A DNA stretch of 64,000 nucleotides, taken from Takakia lepidozioides (lineage: Eukaryota; Plantae; Bryophyta). Each line of letters begins with the position of its first letter. Within the stretch, counting starts at the first letter, position 1. Below the pieces are notes generated by a model, which saw only the letters and a program-made list of their open reading frames with translations, was not told the DNA's origin and did no database searches. Positions 1 to 11,658 of this stretch are shown here, one piece after another. The stretch lies in contig CM060733.1 in NCBI GenBank assembly GCA_030704615.1, positions 64,108,001-64,172,000 on the forward strand, given 5' to 3'. The position numbers and the translations under genes are program-made.

Positions 1-1240
1 AGAGAACATCCCACGGATGGAAAAATGGCGCCGAATTTCAATACGAGGCCCGTCAGATGAAGTCGTCTCGGAGGATAGGCCGACACCTGGCCGATAGAGA
101 ACATCCCTCGGATGGAAAAACGGCGCCAAATCTCCAATGAGGCCGTTCGGATGAAGTTGTCTCGGGGGTAGAGGCCGACACCTGGCCTACAGAGAATATC
201 CCCTGGATGGCAAAACGGCGCCGAATTTCCATCCGAGGCCGTTCGGATGAAGTTGTCTCGGGGGGAGAGGCCGACACCTGGCCGACAGAGAACATCCCAC
301 GGATGGAAAAATGGCGCCGAATTTCCATACGAGACCCGTCGGATGAAGTTGTCTCGGGGGGAGAGGCCGACACCTGGCCGATAGAGAACATCCATCGGAA
401 GGAAAAACGGCGCCGAATTTCCATCCGAGGCCGTTCGGATGAAGTCGTCTCGTGGGGAGAGGACGACACCTGCCCGACAGAGAACATCCCTCGGATGGAA
501 AAACGGCGCCGAATTTCCATCCGAGGCCGTTATGAAGTCGTCTCGTGGGAGAGGACGACACCTCAGAGAACTCCCTCGGATGGAAAAACGGCGCCGAATT
601 TCCATCCGAGGCCGTTCGGATGAAGTCGTCTCGAGGGGAGAGGCGGACACCTGGCCGACAGAGAATATCCCCCGGATGGAAAAACGGCGCCGAATTCCCA
701 TTCGGGGCCCGTCGGATGAAGTCGTCTCGGGGGGAGAGGCCGACACCTGGCCGACAGAGAACATCCCCCGATGGAAAAACGGCGCCGAATTTCCATCCAA
801 GGCCGCACGGATGGAGTCGTCTCGGGGGGAGTGTCCAAAAGAGATCATCTGCAGGATGGAAAAACAGCGCCGAATATCCATCAACAGATGCCCGTATCGA
901 CCCTTCATCAACAATTTTGATTCGTTTTTCGCGTTTTTTTGTCTAATCAGTCACTCAACTTAGAGTTTTTCGCCTGCGGTCCACTTTTTGGCACGTTATG
1001 CCCACCAATGTCGTCCGGTAGAGACAAATTTGGCGCCGGATTTCCATCCTACAGCCCTCCGGTTTACCTGCAGGATGGAAATTCGGCGCCGGTTTTCCAT
1101 CCGGCTGCTTCTGGATGAGAACGTCTCGGGCGGAGGGAGGGCCACGGTGCGTCCCACTTCATCCGCTGAATGGAAATTCGGCGTTGTTTTTTTCCATCCA
1201 GCGGGCTGTTGATGAAAGTCTCGGGGGGAGGGTGGGCCAG
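1..1240. repeat. Tandem array of ~96-bp units (about 9 good copies to ~830, degenerate copies to ~1240), each with an imperfect palindrome CGGATGGAAAAACGGCGCCGAATTTCCATCCG
   Basis: The motif recurs at 14, 109, 204, 300, 396, 492, 577 (short unit), 673 and ~768. The 32-aa periodicity of the overlapping ORFs reflects the repeat. The array runs off the window start. Confidence 0.95.
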
Positions 1241-1242
1241 GT

Positions 1243-1401
1243 TGTCGCGGCCCTTTGCCTTGAGGGCAGGGGGCCGGGACACACTGAGGGGCTGCCCTGT
1301 GGTGGCCAAGTTGGCCAGAGGCCAGGTTGGAAGTCAGGGCGCGCGCATCAAAGCGAGAACTATGACTTGAAGGGGAGCTTACCGAAGTGAGGTGCGCGAC
1401 A
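1243..1401 (+). repeat. Internally deleted 5' LTR (159 bp versus ~710 bp full length)
   Basis: The first ~60 bp and last ~95 bp of the 55870-56577 LTR are joined directly. Confidence 0.88.
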
Positions 1402-1403
1402 TT

Positions 1404-1415
1404 AGGTATCAGAGC
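1404..1415 (+). promoter_or_regulatory. Primer-binding site, tRNA-iMet type
   Basis: AGGTATCAGAGC (canonical TGGTATCAGAGC, one mismatch) 2 nt after the LTR end. Confidence 0.85.
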
Positions 1416-1456
1416 TTAGAGTTCAGTACGCGATTGTCCTTGGGATTGGCCTCATC

Positions 1457-4400
1457 ATGGGGTCGGGCAAGCCAAAGCGAAAGCGGAACGCCCAAAAGAT
1501 GATGATCCTGGTGAGCCCGATGGGGGCGACGTGTCACCGAAGCGGCCGTTAGAGGAAGCGAGGCAGGTTTCTGAAACGAGGCCGCTCAAGAGCGGGAGGA
1601 ATCCAAGGAGTCGGAGCCCGAGGAATCCGTGAGAGCTCCGACGACCAACAGATGCCTCCCATGCCGGCAGCCTTTTGGGAAGGGTTGTTGGCGCAGTTTG
1701 GCGGGACGTTGAAAGACGTGTTGAAGGCGGCTAATGCCACTTCCACTAAGGCAAAGTTTAAAGTGAAGCCTAAGGAACCCGGCACCTTCGAGGGCGTCCA
1801 AAATCGGAAGGCACTCAACACCTGGCTCCTGGAGCTAGAGCAGTACTTCCGGGCGGCCAAGTTGAGTGACGAGGATTGGGTGGAAGTGGCTCCCACCTAT
1901 TTGAGGGGGCTATGCTCAACAATGGTGGCAGAAACGCCTTCACGACCGAGGCCCAAGCCGGAAACCTTGAACTGGAGTGGGTTCAAGGAATTGATGAAGA
2001 GACAGTTGTGCCCCTCAACGCGTCCTGGCTTGCCCGGGACAAGATGAGGAATTTGAAGCAAACAGATGACATTCGGGGGTATGTCCAGGCTTTCAATGTG
2101 CTGTTGCTCGAAGTCGCGGACATGGCAGAACCAGAAATGGTCTTCAACTTTGTGGCGGGACTGGCCCCCATGGGCCAGGCGGAAGTTGGAGGAGAAGCCA
2201 CCCAAGACTTTGAACGAGGCAATTGAGAGGGCTGATGAATGTTTCTCGGATGTCCCTAGGGGTGAGAGACAAGGCCGTACGGAGCTGAACCACAAGAAGA
2301 CCCGGCGGGAAGGTGACTCCTCCGACCGGAAAAGAAGTGGGATAGGCCACGCGGCGATAATGGCACGTGGAAATCGAAGGGAGGGCCTTCACACGTCAAG
2401 GCGGCACCCAGTGCTTCGAAAGGAAAAGCGGGTGGAGCGGCTTATGGCGGACAGAAGGCGACCTTTGATGGAGTGTGTTTCAATTGCGGGGAGCCGGGCA
2501 CATGGCCAAGAAGTGCACAAAACCTCGACAATTGAACATGACTCGGGCAACCACGGAGCTGTCGGAAGATACCATCAGTCGCTTGGTGGAAGCGGTGGTC
2601 GCCAGGACTTGCAAGGTAGGCAACTATTCTTGTGAGTTGTATCAGGAAACTGGCGCCTGCGTAAAGGGAGTCAGTTATTGTTCGTGGATGGGATAATCCG
2701 GAACTAACGTGTCGTTGTTGGTGGACACAGGAGCGTCGCACTCCTTCATGACGCCGGCGGCGCGAAAGTTGGGACTCCCGACAAGTGACGTGGGGGCCTC
2801 TATTGAGGTGCGCTCTGCCAAAGGAGAACCTCAGTTGGCGACAAGGTTGGCGTTTGATGTTCCTCTTCAACTGGGGAGTTGGGAGGGACGTGAGAACTTC
2901 ACTATCTGCGAGATCGATGGAGTGGATCTCATTTTGGGGATGACCTTTTTGAGCAAATCCGGAGCGGTCATAGATGGCCGCAAGAGAGTAGTCACGCTGC
3001 CATGTGGGAATGGTGGCGAGGTTTACGAGTGTCGGAAACGCCCAAATCCGTGGGAGGCGAATAAACCTTCTCAGCAAAGGGTGGGCCGTGGAGGAGGCAC
3101 ACGAGTCCCAGTTTTTGCTTTACATTAGAGAAGTGAAAGGAGAAGGCGATGGGGAGCCGAGCCCAGATTGGATCAAGGGATTTTGGAGAAATACCAGGAT
3201 GTGATGCCGGAGGATTTACCAAGCGGCTTGCCACCGCGAAGAGGAGTTGACCACAAGATTGAGGTGATACCGGGATCGGAACCGCCTGCCAAGGCGTCCT
3301 ACCGGTTGAGCCACAGAGAGTTGGTCGAGCTGAAGACTCAGCTCAAGGATCTAATGTCAAAGGGGTACATCCGGCCGAGTAAGTCACCTTACGGAGCCCC
3401 GGTGCTATTCGCAGACAAGAAGGATGGGACGCTGCGGATGTGTGTCGATTACAGGGCTTTGAATAAGGTGACTATTAAAAACCGGTACCCTTTGCCAAGG
3501 ATCGACGACCTTTTTGACCGGTTGGCAGGAGCGAAGTATTTCAGCCGGATCGACTTGCGCTCCGCTATCATCAAATTCGGGTGGCGGAAGGAGATGAGGA
3601 GAAGACCGCGTGCAGGACAAGGTATGGTTCATATGAGTTCTTGGTGATGCCTTTTGGGCTCACAATGCACCGGCGACCTTTAGCACGCTGATGAACAGCC
3701 TTTTTCAGGAGTGGTTGGATGACTTGTGATCGTGTACATCGACGACATCTTGGTGTACTCGAAAACAAAGGAGGAACACCTGGAGCACCTCAAAAGGGTG
3801 TTCCAAAAATTGCGGGAAGGGAAGCTGTACGCCAAAGCTTCAAAATGCGAATTCGGGGTCACGAAAGTGGAGTTCTTGGGGCATGTGATTACACAGGATG
3901 GGATCGAAATGGATGACAGAAAGGTGAGGGCGATCTTGGACTGGGAGCCTCCGACTTCGGTCCCGGGAGTGCGATCCTTCCTAGGACTCGCCTCCTATTA
4001 CCGGAAGTATGTGAGAAATTTCGCCAAGATCGCGGGGCCGCTGTCGGACCTTCTGTGTAAATCCAAAGTCTGGGTATGGAACACATTTTGTGGCCAAGCT
4101 TTTGCTGAATTGAAGCAGCGGATGGCGGAAGCTCCAGTCTTGAAAATCCCGGGTTCGATCGTCCATTTGAGATTCATACAGATGCGTCGGACTTCGCGAT
4201 TGGGGGTGTACTTATGCAAGATGAACGTCCAGTGGCTTACGAAAGTAAGAAACTGAATGAAGTGGAGCGACGGTGGCCGACGCACGAAAAAGAGATGAAG
4301 GCGGTGGTGCACTGTCTTGAGCTTTGGCGCCACTATGTTGGTTCCAACCCAGTGAAGGTGTTCACGGACAATGTCACGGTGAAGTATTTTGCCACGCAGC

Positions 4401-5997
4401 CCAAGTTGTCCCCAAAACAACTTAGGTGGCAAGACTTTGGCGGTGTTCGACGTGGATATCCAGTACAAACCGGGACGAGACAACGTGGTGGCCGATGCTT
4501 TAAGTAGAAAGCAGCAGCTCTTGTTGGTGTACAAGGGCGAGACGACGCTCCAAAGAAAGATCGGAAGGCTTACCGGAAGGATGAGCTGGCAAAGTCCGTG
4601 ATGCAGGACTTGAGGATGGGGGTTAAATCGCAGTTCCACTTGCAAAATGGACTGCTCCGGTATAAGCAAAAACGTCTCTACGTGCCAAAGGGAGGGATCA
4701 GAGATAGCCTCTTGAGAGAATGCCATGATAGCCCGCTTGCGGGCCACGGCGGAGCCAAGCGCACTGCGGCACTCTTGAAGAAAGAGTATTTCTGGCCCAA
4801 ACTGAGGGAGGAGGCAGAGGAGTATGTCAAGACATGCACCACATGCCAACAAAACCGGAGCGAGTACAAAAAGCAAGCGGGGCTGTTACAACCCTTGCCG
4901 ATTCCAGAGGGGACTTGGGAAAGCGTCTCGATGGATTTCATGACTGCTATGCCGCTGTCAAAAGGATTCGATGCAATCATGGTGGTGGTGGATAGGTTCA
5001 GTAAAATGGGCCATTTCATCCCCACCAAGGAGACGGCAACGGCGCAGGAGACAGGGCGACTTTACTTCGCCCACGTCTTGAAGCATCATGGAGTCCCGAA
5101 GGATAGTGTCTCGGATCGCGATCCAAAGTTTACGAGTAAATTTTGGAGGACACTTTGGAAGAAAATGGGGACAAGGCTGAAGATGAGCACCGCCTTCCGA
5201 CCTACGACGGATGGCCAAACGGAAAGAGTGAATTCCGTAGTGAAGCAATTCTTGCGGATTACGTGTCGGCAGACCAATCAGACTGGATGGAACACTTAGA
5301 CGCGGCAGAGTTCTGTTATAATAACACAGAACACTCCGCAACGGGAGTTTCCCCTTTCGTATTGGTCTATGGAAAAGCACCTCTGGTGCCGACAAGTTGG
5401 GCCGCCCAGGACGTTGAGGAACCGGCAGTAGCGGCGGTACTGGAAGAACGCGAGCGTTTGTTGAAGCTCGCAAAGTACAACATTGCCAAAGCTGGGAAAC
5501 GGTATGAAAGGCAGGCGAATCAGAAGCGGAGGGAAGTGAAGTTTGAGGCAGGCACAGAGGTCTGGTTGAACATCAAGAATTTCCGACTACCTCCGGAAGT
5601 GAGTCCGAAGTTCGTACCTCCGTATGCGGGACCCTTTCGCATTCGGAAGGTTATGAATGAGGATGTGTATGAATTGGAGCTGCCGGCAAACAGCAAGGTG
5701 CACCCAGTATTCCATGTCTCCCTTTTGAAGCCTTACTTCAAAGATGAAGCGCGTCCGAATCGACATCAAGTGTTGCGTCCGCCACCTATGCTGTTGGATC
5801 ATGAAAATGAACCTGAGTACGAGGTGGAGGCAATACTTAAGTCGAGGAGGTTCAAGAACCGAGAAACGGAGTATCTCGTCAAATGGAAGGGCTATCATCA
5901 TGTGGAGGCATCTTGGGTGCGTGCCTCAGAAATGGGAAACGCATTCGAGGCGGTTGCAGCTTTCGAAGGGCGACCTCAAAAGCGGAAGAAACGTTGA
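1457..5997 (+). pseudogene. Frameshifted gag-pol polyprotein: gag with CCHC knuckle, protease (LLVDTGASHSF), RT (YIDD), RNase H, integrase (HHCC, DDE, GPF) and chromodomain
   Basis: Successive ORFs 1652-2047, 1876-2226, 2709-3128, 3168-3647, 3726-4256, 4214-4507, 4598-5299 and 5143-5997 carry the standard motifs and are joined by small indels. Confidence 0.93.
5812..5970 (+). other. Integrase C-terminal chromodomain with the aromatic-cage residues retained (group I type)
   Basis: EYEVEAILKSRRFKNRETEYLVKWKGYHHVEASW. Confidence 0.9.
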
Positions 5998-6471
5998 TGG
6001 GGACATCAACCTTGGAGCGTGGGGGAGGAAATGCATGCTTAGCCCGGCGTAGCTAGCTTAGGAATCCGATTACAAAAACTTGTATTGTACAAAAATTTGT
6101 TATAAAGGAAATGGGTTCCAAATGGTGTGCGTCCTATTTTGTTTGGAATGGTGATGCATGGTATGGTTGGCTAGTGTGTAGAATGCATGCTAGCTTATAA
6201 AAGTGAGAGAGGTAAATTGGGTTAATCGTGTGTTTGCGTAGTGCCGAAATCGGGTGACCCACATCCAAGGGGCAAGGAAACTTGCGACTTCTTTGGGAGT
6301 TCACGTGCTAGTGCGCACCTGGCGCGTGCGCGTACTATAACTGCGCTACCGAAGGGGGTTGCCTTGTAGTGCGGGCTAACGCGGAAGCTACGTGCTTCCG
6401 TTCACGTACTATAATCGTGTAGCCTCAGGACGAAGTCGTAGTGCGGCTTTGGCGTGTTCCCGTACCTCAGG

Positions 6472-7905
6472 AGAGAGTTGGTCGAGCTGAAGGCCCAGCT
6501 CAAGGATCTTATAGCAAAGGGGTACATCCGGCCGAGTAAGTCACTCGGAACTATTCGCAGATAAGAAAGAGGGGACGCTGCGGATGTGTGTCGATTATAG
6601 GGCTCTGAATAAGGTGACTATAAAAAACCGGTACCCTTTGCCAAGGATCGACGACCTCTTCGATTGGTTGGCATGAGCAAAGTATTTCAGCCGGATCGAT
6701 TTACGTTCGGGATACCACTAGATCCGGATAGCGGAAGGAGATGAGGAAAAGACAGCATGCAGGACAAGGTATGGTTCGTACGAATTTTTGGTGATGCCTT
6801 TTGGGCTCACCAACGCGCCAGCAACCTTTAGCACCTTGATGAACTACCTCTTTCAGGAGTGGTTGGATGACTTTGTGATCGTGTACATCGACGACATCTT
6901 TGTGTACTCGAAAACGAAGGAAGAGCACCTGGAGCACCTCAAAAGGGTGTTCCGAAAATTGCGGGAAGGGAAGCTGTATGCCAAAGCAAAATTGGGGTCA
7001 CGAAAGTGGAGTTTCTAGGGCATGTGATTACACATGATTGGATCAAAATGGATGACCGAAAGGTGAGGGCGATCTTTGACTAGGAACCTCCGACTTCATT
7101 CCCAGGAGTGCGATCCTTTCTAGGACTCGCCTCCTACTACCGAAAGTATGTGAGAAATTTCGCCAAGATCGCGGGGCCGCTGTCAGACATTTTGTGTAAG
7201 TCCAAGGTATGGGTATGGAACACTTTTTGTGGCCAAGCTTTTGCCGAGTTGAAGCAGCGGATGGCGGAAGCTCCAAGTCTTGAAGATCCCGGAGTTCGAC
7301 CGTCCATTTGAGATTCACACGGATGCATCGGACTTCGTCATTGGGGGTGTGCTGATGCAGCTGATGCAGGATGAACGTCCAGTGGCTTACGAAAGTAAGA
7401 AACTGAATGAAGTGGAGCAACGGTCGCCTATGCATGAGAAAGAAATGAAAGCAGTGGTGCACTGCCTTGAGCTTTGGCGCCATTATGTTGGTTCCAACCC
7501 AGTGAAAGTGTTCACGGACAATGTCACGGTGAAGTATTTTGCCACACAGCCTAAGTTGTCCCCAAAACAAATTAGGTGGCAAGACACTTTGGCAGTGTTC
7601 GACATGGATATCCAGTACAAACCAGGACGGGACAATGTGGTGGCCGATGCTCTGAGTAGAAAGCAGCAACTCATGTTGGTGTACAAGGGCGAGACGGAGT
7701 TGCAGAGGAAAATTCGGAAGGCCTATCGGAAGAATGAGTTCGCGAGGTCGATATTGCGGGACTTGAGGCTGGGGGTTAAGTCGCAGTTCCACTTGCATAA
7801 AGGACTGCTTCGGTACAAGCAAAAACGCCTCTACGTGCCGAAAGGAGAGCTCAGAGATGGTCTCTTGAGAGAATGCCATGATGACTCGTTCGCGGGCCAC
7901 GGGGG
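6472..7905 (+). mobile_element. Chromovirus copy B fragment (RT-RNase H-start of integrase) with stops and frameshifts
   Basis: Paralogous to ~3315-4750. It starts abruptly after the 3' UTR of copy A and ends at GCGGGCCACGG. YIDD and IHTDASD motifs are present. Confidence 0.92.
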
Positions 7906-8167
7906 CTGCTATTTCATGAGCCATGAGCCATGAGCGGCATGAGCCATGAGCAGACTCATAACTGTCGAAAAAACCATGAGCAGGAATTTTTTTCAAAAAT
8001 GATTGTCCACAGGAATAGGGTTTAGGGTGTCACGGTCATATGGGGACAAGGACCTCCCGATGAAGGAGGTTGGGCAATGTTTTTTAGAATTACATATTGA
8101 AAGGCAATGTTTTGCGAATGGTAGGGTGGTATTGCTCAGTACAATGGGCGCCCATTACAGCCTACCA

Positions 8168-8846
8168 GGGTAGTTGTAGCCTACGGTGGACCAAAAATGC
8201 TCTCACATCACTATTTTTTTGGGACCTTGATTAGTTGTAAATTATCGTACTCCTAAATGTAAAGGCTGATAGTAAAAAGGGACTAAGCTATGAAGGCTCA
8301 ACTACATATATTTCCCCTATTCCAAGTCTCATAACCAAAAAAAAAAATGGTTAGAAATTATAGACTTTTGAACAAGTCTATAAGGATTTGTTATAGTCCA
8401 TATAAAAGGCCGTTATGGATTTTTTTTTAAAGCATGATTCATAAACAATTAGAAAAAGGGACTTGACCAAATGTGCTTTGCTAGAATGAAAACATCCACT
8501 CAAAAATATTAAGTAAAATAAACTTTATGTACTATTTTGAGCCTTCAAAATAACTATTTTCGTAAAGTCCTTTACAGATAGAATTCTTTGAAATATCAAC
8601 ACTACCTCATTAAATACATAGACCAAGGGTAGACCCCCAGGGTGGATCAAGGTCAAATTTGGAAAAAACTATAGTGATATGAAACTATTGCGATTTGCAA
8701 ATATAGTCTTTAATGGTCAATAATAGACGGTTGAGATCGTAAATTGAAGCGAATCCAATGGTTGAGGATTCGCCACATCCCCCTTTATGTACTTTTAGGG
8801 ACTCATGGTGTGTCTCATTTTGGTCCACCGTAGGCTGCAACTACCC
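8168..8846. mobile_element. Non-autonomous TIR element (MITE, 679 bp), ~30-bp TIRs starting GGGTAGTTG, 4-bp TSD ACCA
   Basis: GGGTAGTTGTAGCCTACGGTGGACCAAAA at 8168 matches the reverse complement ending at 8846 with 1 mismatch. ACCA lies at 8164-8167 and 8847-8850. The interior is AT-rich and non-coding. Confidence 0.88.
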
Positions 8847-8993
8847 ACCAGGCACTTCCAAAATCCACCCCCACTTCCAATCCCAAACGATATGATGAAT
8901 GATGCATTGTGAGAACGATGGATGCATAATAGAACATAAAGGAGGGCACAATGGGGTTCTTATTGATCCACATGAATTGCATTTGAAGCACGT

Positions 8994-9524
8994 CTACTGT
9001 GCTGATGGTGCAAACAAATCTACGGCCCTGTGCCTTCTGAATACAAGTCGCGTGATCAACGGAACTTCGACTGCTCTGAAAACTAGCTCATGAGTCATCG
9101 GGCTCCTCCAGGTAAACTGGATTACAACCGTTGTATCGCCCCCTTTGATGTTCACCACAATGTCATGCCCTTCAATCATACTACCATCGAATATGGAAAG
9201 CTTCACTTTTTCGTCCTCCACACCAATGCGAATGTCCCCATACAATGGAGAAGAGAAGCGCACTCCTTCAGGAGTATACGTCTCCCCGATGGAGTCCACC
9301 CAGGTCCACTGGCAGCAGTTCTACCGCAACAGCATAACAATGCGCATTCTTCTGCATGAGTGCACGCCGTAGCTGGGAAAAAATCAAGGATGTGCAGGAG
9401 CCACGGACTCCGGAGACCAAGATCGTCACCCCGCTCGAAGGCGTAGTGGTCCCGATGTGGCCGTATACATTGCATAATCGAAGCCTCCATAAGGGCAATC
9501 GTCGTGGTTCTACAAGCACAACAT
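8994..9524 (-). pseudogene. Decayed intronless gene of unknown family (paralogue 1 of a divergent pair)
   Basis: Fragments MLCL*NHDDCPYGGFDYAMY, DHYAFERGD..SPWLLHILD and YGDIRIG..EGHDIVVN..QFTWRS..ELVFRAVEVP align collinearly with 10108-10686. Confidence 0.75.
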
Positions 9525-10107
9525 CCTTGCAAAGGAGGACCGGAGGACATGTGTGTTGTTGATGACAATGACCTTGCAGACAGCAACGAAGCCTTTTGAT
9601 TTTCCCCTTGATGACAAGTGGAAGAGCACTGACGGCTCCAATAATGGAGGAATTGGGTCCCACCTTCCCGCCTGTTATCGTGTAACGTGTCCATCACGCC
9701 AACGACGGATGAACCGTTTACTCATTCTCATCCATGGGGAACAGTCGGCCACCTGCCACAGAAGTCCATCCCCCCGGATGGAAATTTGGCGCCGCATTTA
9801 CATCGAAGGGGAGATGGATGAATTCGTTTCGAGGGGCGATAGGCCCACCTGGCAAACCGGGTGAGACTTACGGCCCATAGTTTGCATGGCACGGATGGAA
9901 ACTGAAACGGCTACATTCATGGAGCCGCCAATTTTCATCCGTGCAAGTTCCTGTAAGGGGGAAATTTAAATGTGTCATGGAGTCTGAGGAATTGCACCGT
10001 TTGCAACCTCATTGTAGTCTCCTTGCACAACTTCCTGCCTCCGCGCTGCTGCCTCCTCTATCCAGAAGCTGCTGTCATTCAGCATCCTCCGCTACTCTTT
10101 TGCAAGG

Positions 10108-10686
10108 ATGTTGTGCCGCCGCAATCCTGCTGACTGCCCTTATCATGGCCACGATTATGTGATGTTCAAACCGAAATCAGGAGACATCATTGTCTAGCTC
10201 TCTGTTTTCACTGACGCTTCTGGAGTCAAGCGGGAGTCATTGCGCGCAATGGAGTATTTAAAGGACTATTACCGCTTTGAGCGAGGTGAGGGTGAGGGTC
10301 AATACGGTCCATGGGTGCTGCAAATTGTTGACCTCGATATACCCAGCTGGAATGGGAACCCGGACAGATCACGCACGGCCATGCTTTGGCGTTGGAACTG
10401 CTGCCAATGGACCAGGGAGGACTGCACCGGCGAGAACTTTATTCGTGGAGTTCACTCCGTTTTTCCAGTATATGGAGACATTCGCCTAAGTTGCGAAGAC
10501 GAATCGCACGGGCACATGAGGCGCATAGTGACACTGTCAATGTATGATGGTGGTTTCATTGATGGGCATGACATTGTCGTCAACTCCACCAAGGGCACCA
10601 GAACGACCGCTATGCAGTTTACCTGGAGGTGCCACGTCACTAATGAGTTTGTTTTGAGGGCTATCGAAGTTCCGTCGACTTGGTGA
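10108..10686 (+). pseudogene. Intronless ~192-aa gene of unknown family with one premature stop at codon 30 (paralogue 2)
   Basis: ATG at 10108 (MLCRRNPADCPYHGHDYVMF) is in frame with ORF 10240-10686 and is interrupted by a single TAG. Motifs are shared with the minus-strand copy. Confidence 0.75.
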
Positions 10687-10969
10687 CGCCCATGTAGAAG
10701 GCGGAAGGGTTTAGATTTGTTTGTACTTGCTTAATGTGAGACATCGTGTTCGATCAATAAAACAACCCATCGTGCCCTCACTTCTGTGTACTGTTCATCT
10801 TCAGTTTCATGTATTCTATGAACTGCTGTTATTGGCCCACTGTTGAGAATTCGTGGTCTCATTTGTACAATGTCTCTGTCCACATCAATCACCAGAAGAG
10901 CGATATCAGAGTCATGAGGTCGAGAAAATGCGTCTTTGCAGAAACGGAAAGATGTACATACCCAAGTTG

Positions 10970-11527
10970 GGAAATGCGGCACCGCATTTCCTTTGTCCCC
11001 ATGCATTGATGTCCGACAGCTTCAACTCCGATGTGCTGGTCGCAACGGAAATGCGGCGCCGCATTCCAGTCTCTACAACGGAAATGCCTTTGTTGACATG
11101 GCATTTCCATACTTCGAATTGGAAATGCGGCACCGCATTTCCGTCCAGCACAATGGAATGCGGTGCCGCATTTCCATGCAAGGGGCAAGAATTGGACAAA
11201 CTTCCATGTCCAAAATGGAAATGCGGCACCACATTTCCATATCCGACATATTGGACATAGGAATGCGGCACCACAATTTCCGTTTAGCGCAATGGAATGC
11301 GGTGCCGCATTTTCGTGCAAGGAAATGGACAAACTTCCATGTCCAAAATTGAAATGCGGCACCGCATTTCCGTTCCGCCCTGCGATTTGGGATGTCCAAA
11401 ACAGAAAATGGAAAATTGTTGGTGTTCCGCTTATGGAAATGCGGTGCCTCATTTCCAAAACGATGTATTTACCGTTGCCACATTTTCGTTTTTTCGTTCC
11501 GACATGGAAATGCGGCACCGCATTTCC
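10970..11527. repeat. Cluster of ~11 copies of the 22-bp palindrome GGAAATGCGGYRCCGCATTTCC with variable, partly duplicated spacers
   Basis: Copies at ~10970, 11047, 11080 (long-loop variant), 11121, 11155, 11217, 11260, 11294, 11351, 11435 and 11506. Confidence 0.93.
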
Positions 11528-11658
11528 GGTTTTGGGAATGAGGTGGTTTCAGAGATGGTGTCATTTAGAAGCACAGGGGAGAGGGGACCTCAACTGCAAA
11601 GAAATACCTTTATATATTCAGGAAGAGAATTAAAATGTACAAAGAGTTATTTAAATTT

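Larger units (their letters stand above)
1243..6471 (+). mobile_element. Ty3/gypsy chromovirus (Tcn1-like), copy A; 5' LTR internally deleted, 3' LTR missing
   Basis: LTR start TGTCGCGGCC at 1243 and end GCGCGACA at 1401 match the LTRs at 55870/60515. PBS follows, then gag-PR-RT-RH-INT-chromodomain in Ty3 order. The 3' UTR matches 59610-60081 and then breaks. Confidence 0.93.

Noticed and set aside
53-963. ORFs with 32-aa repeats on both strands (also 10853-12148)
   Set aside because: By-products of a 96-bp GC-rich repeat or of the palindromes. They are open in several frames with no domain signal.
3998-4876. Long antisense ORFs over pol (also 7043-7996, 18376-18987)
   Set aside because: Shadow ORFs of real coding strands with no independent motifs.
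10970-11527. CRISPR-like array of palindromic repeats
   Set aside because: Spacer lengths are irregular, spacers are partly duplicated (11121-11259 versus 11260-11372), there are no cas genes, and the context is an intron-containing eukaryotic genome.
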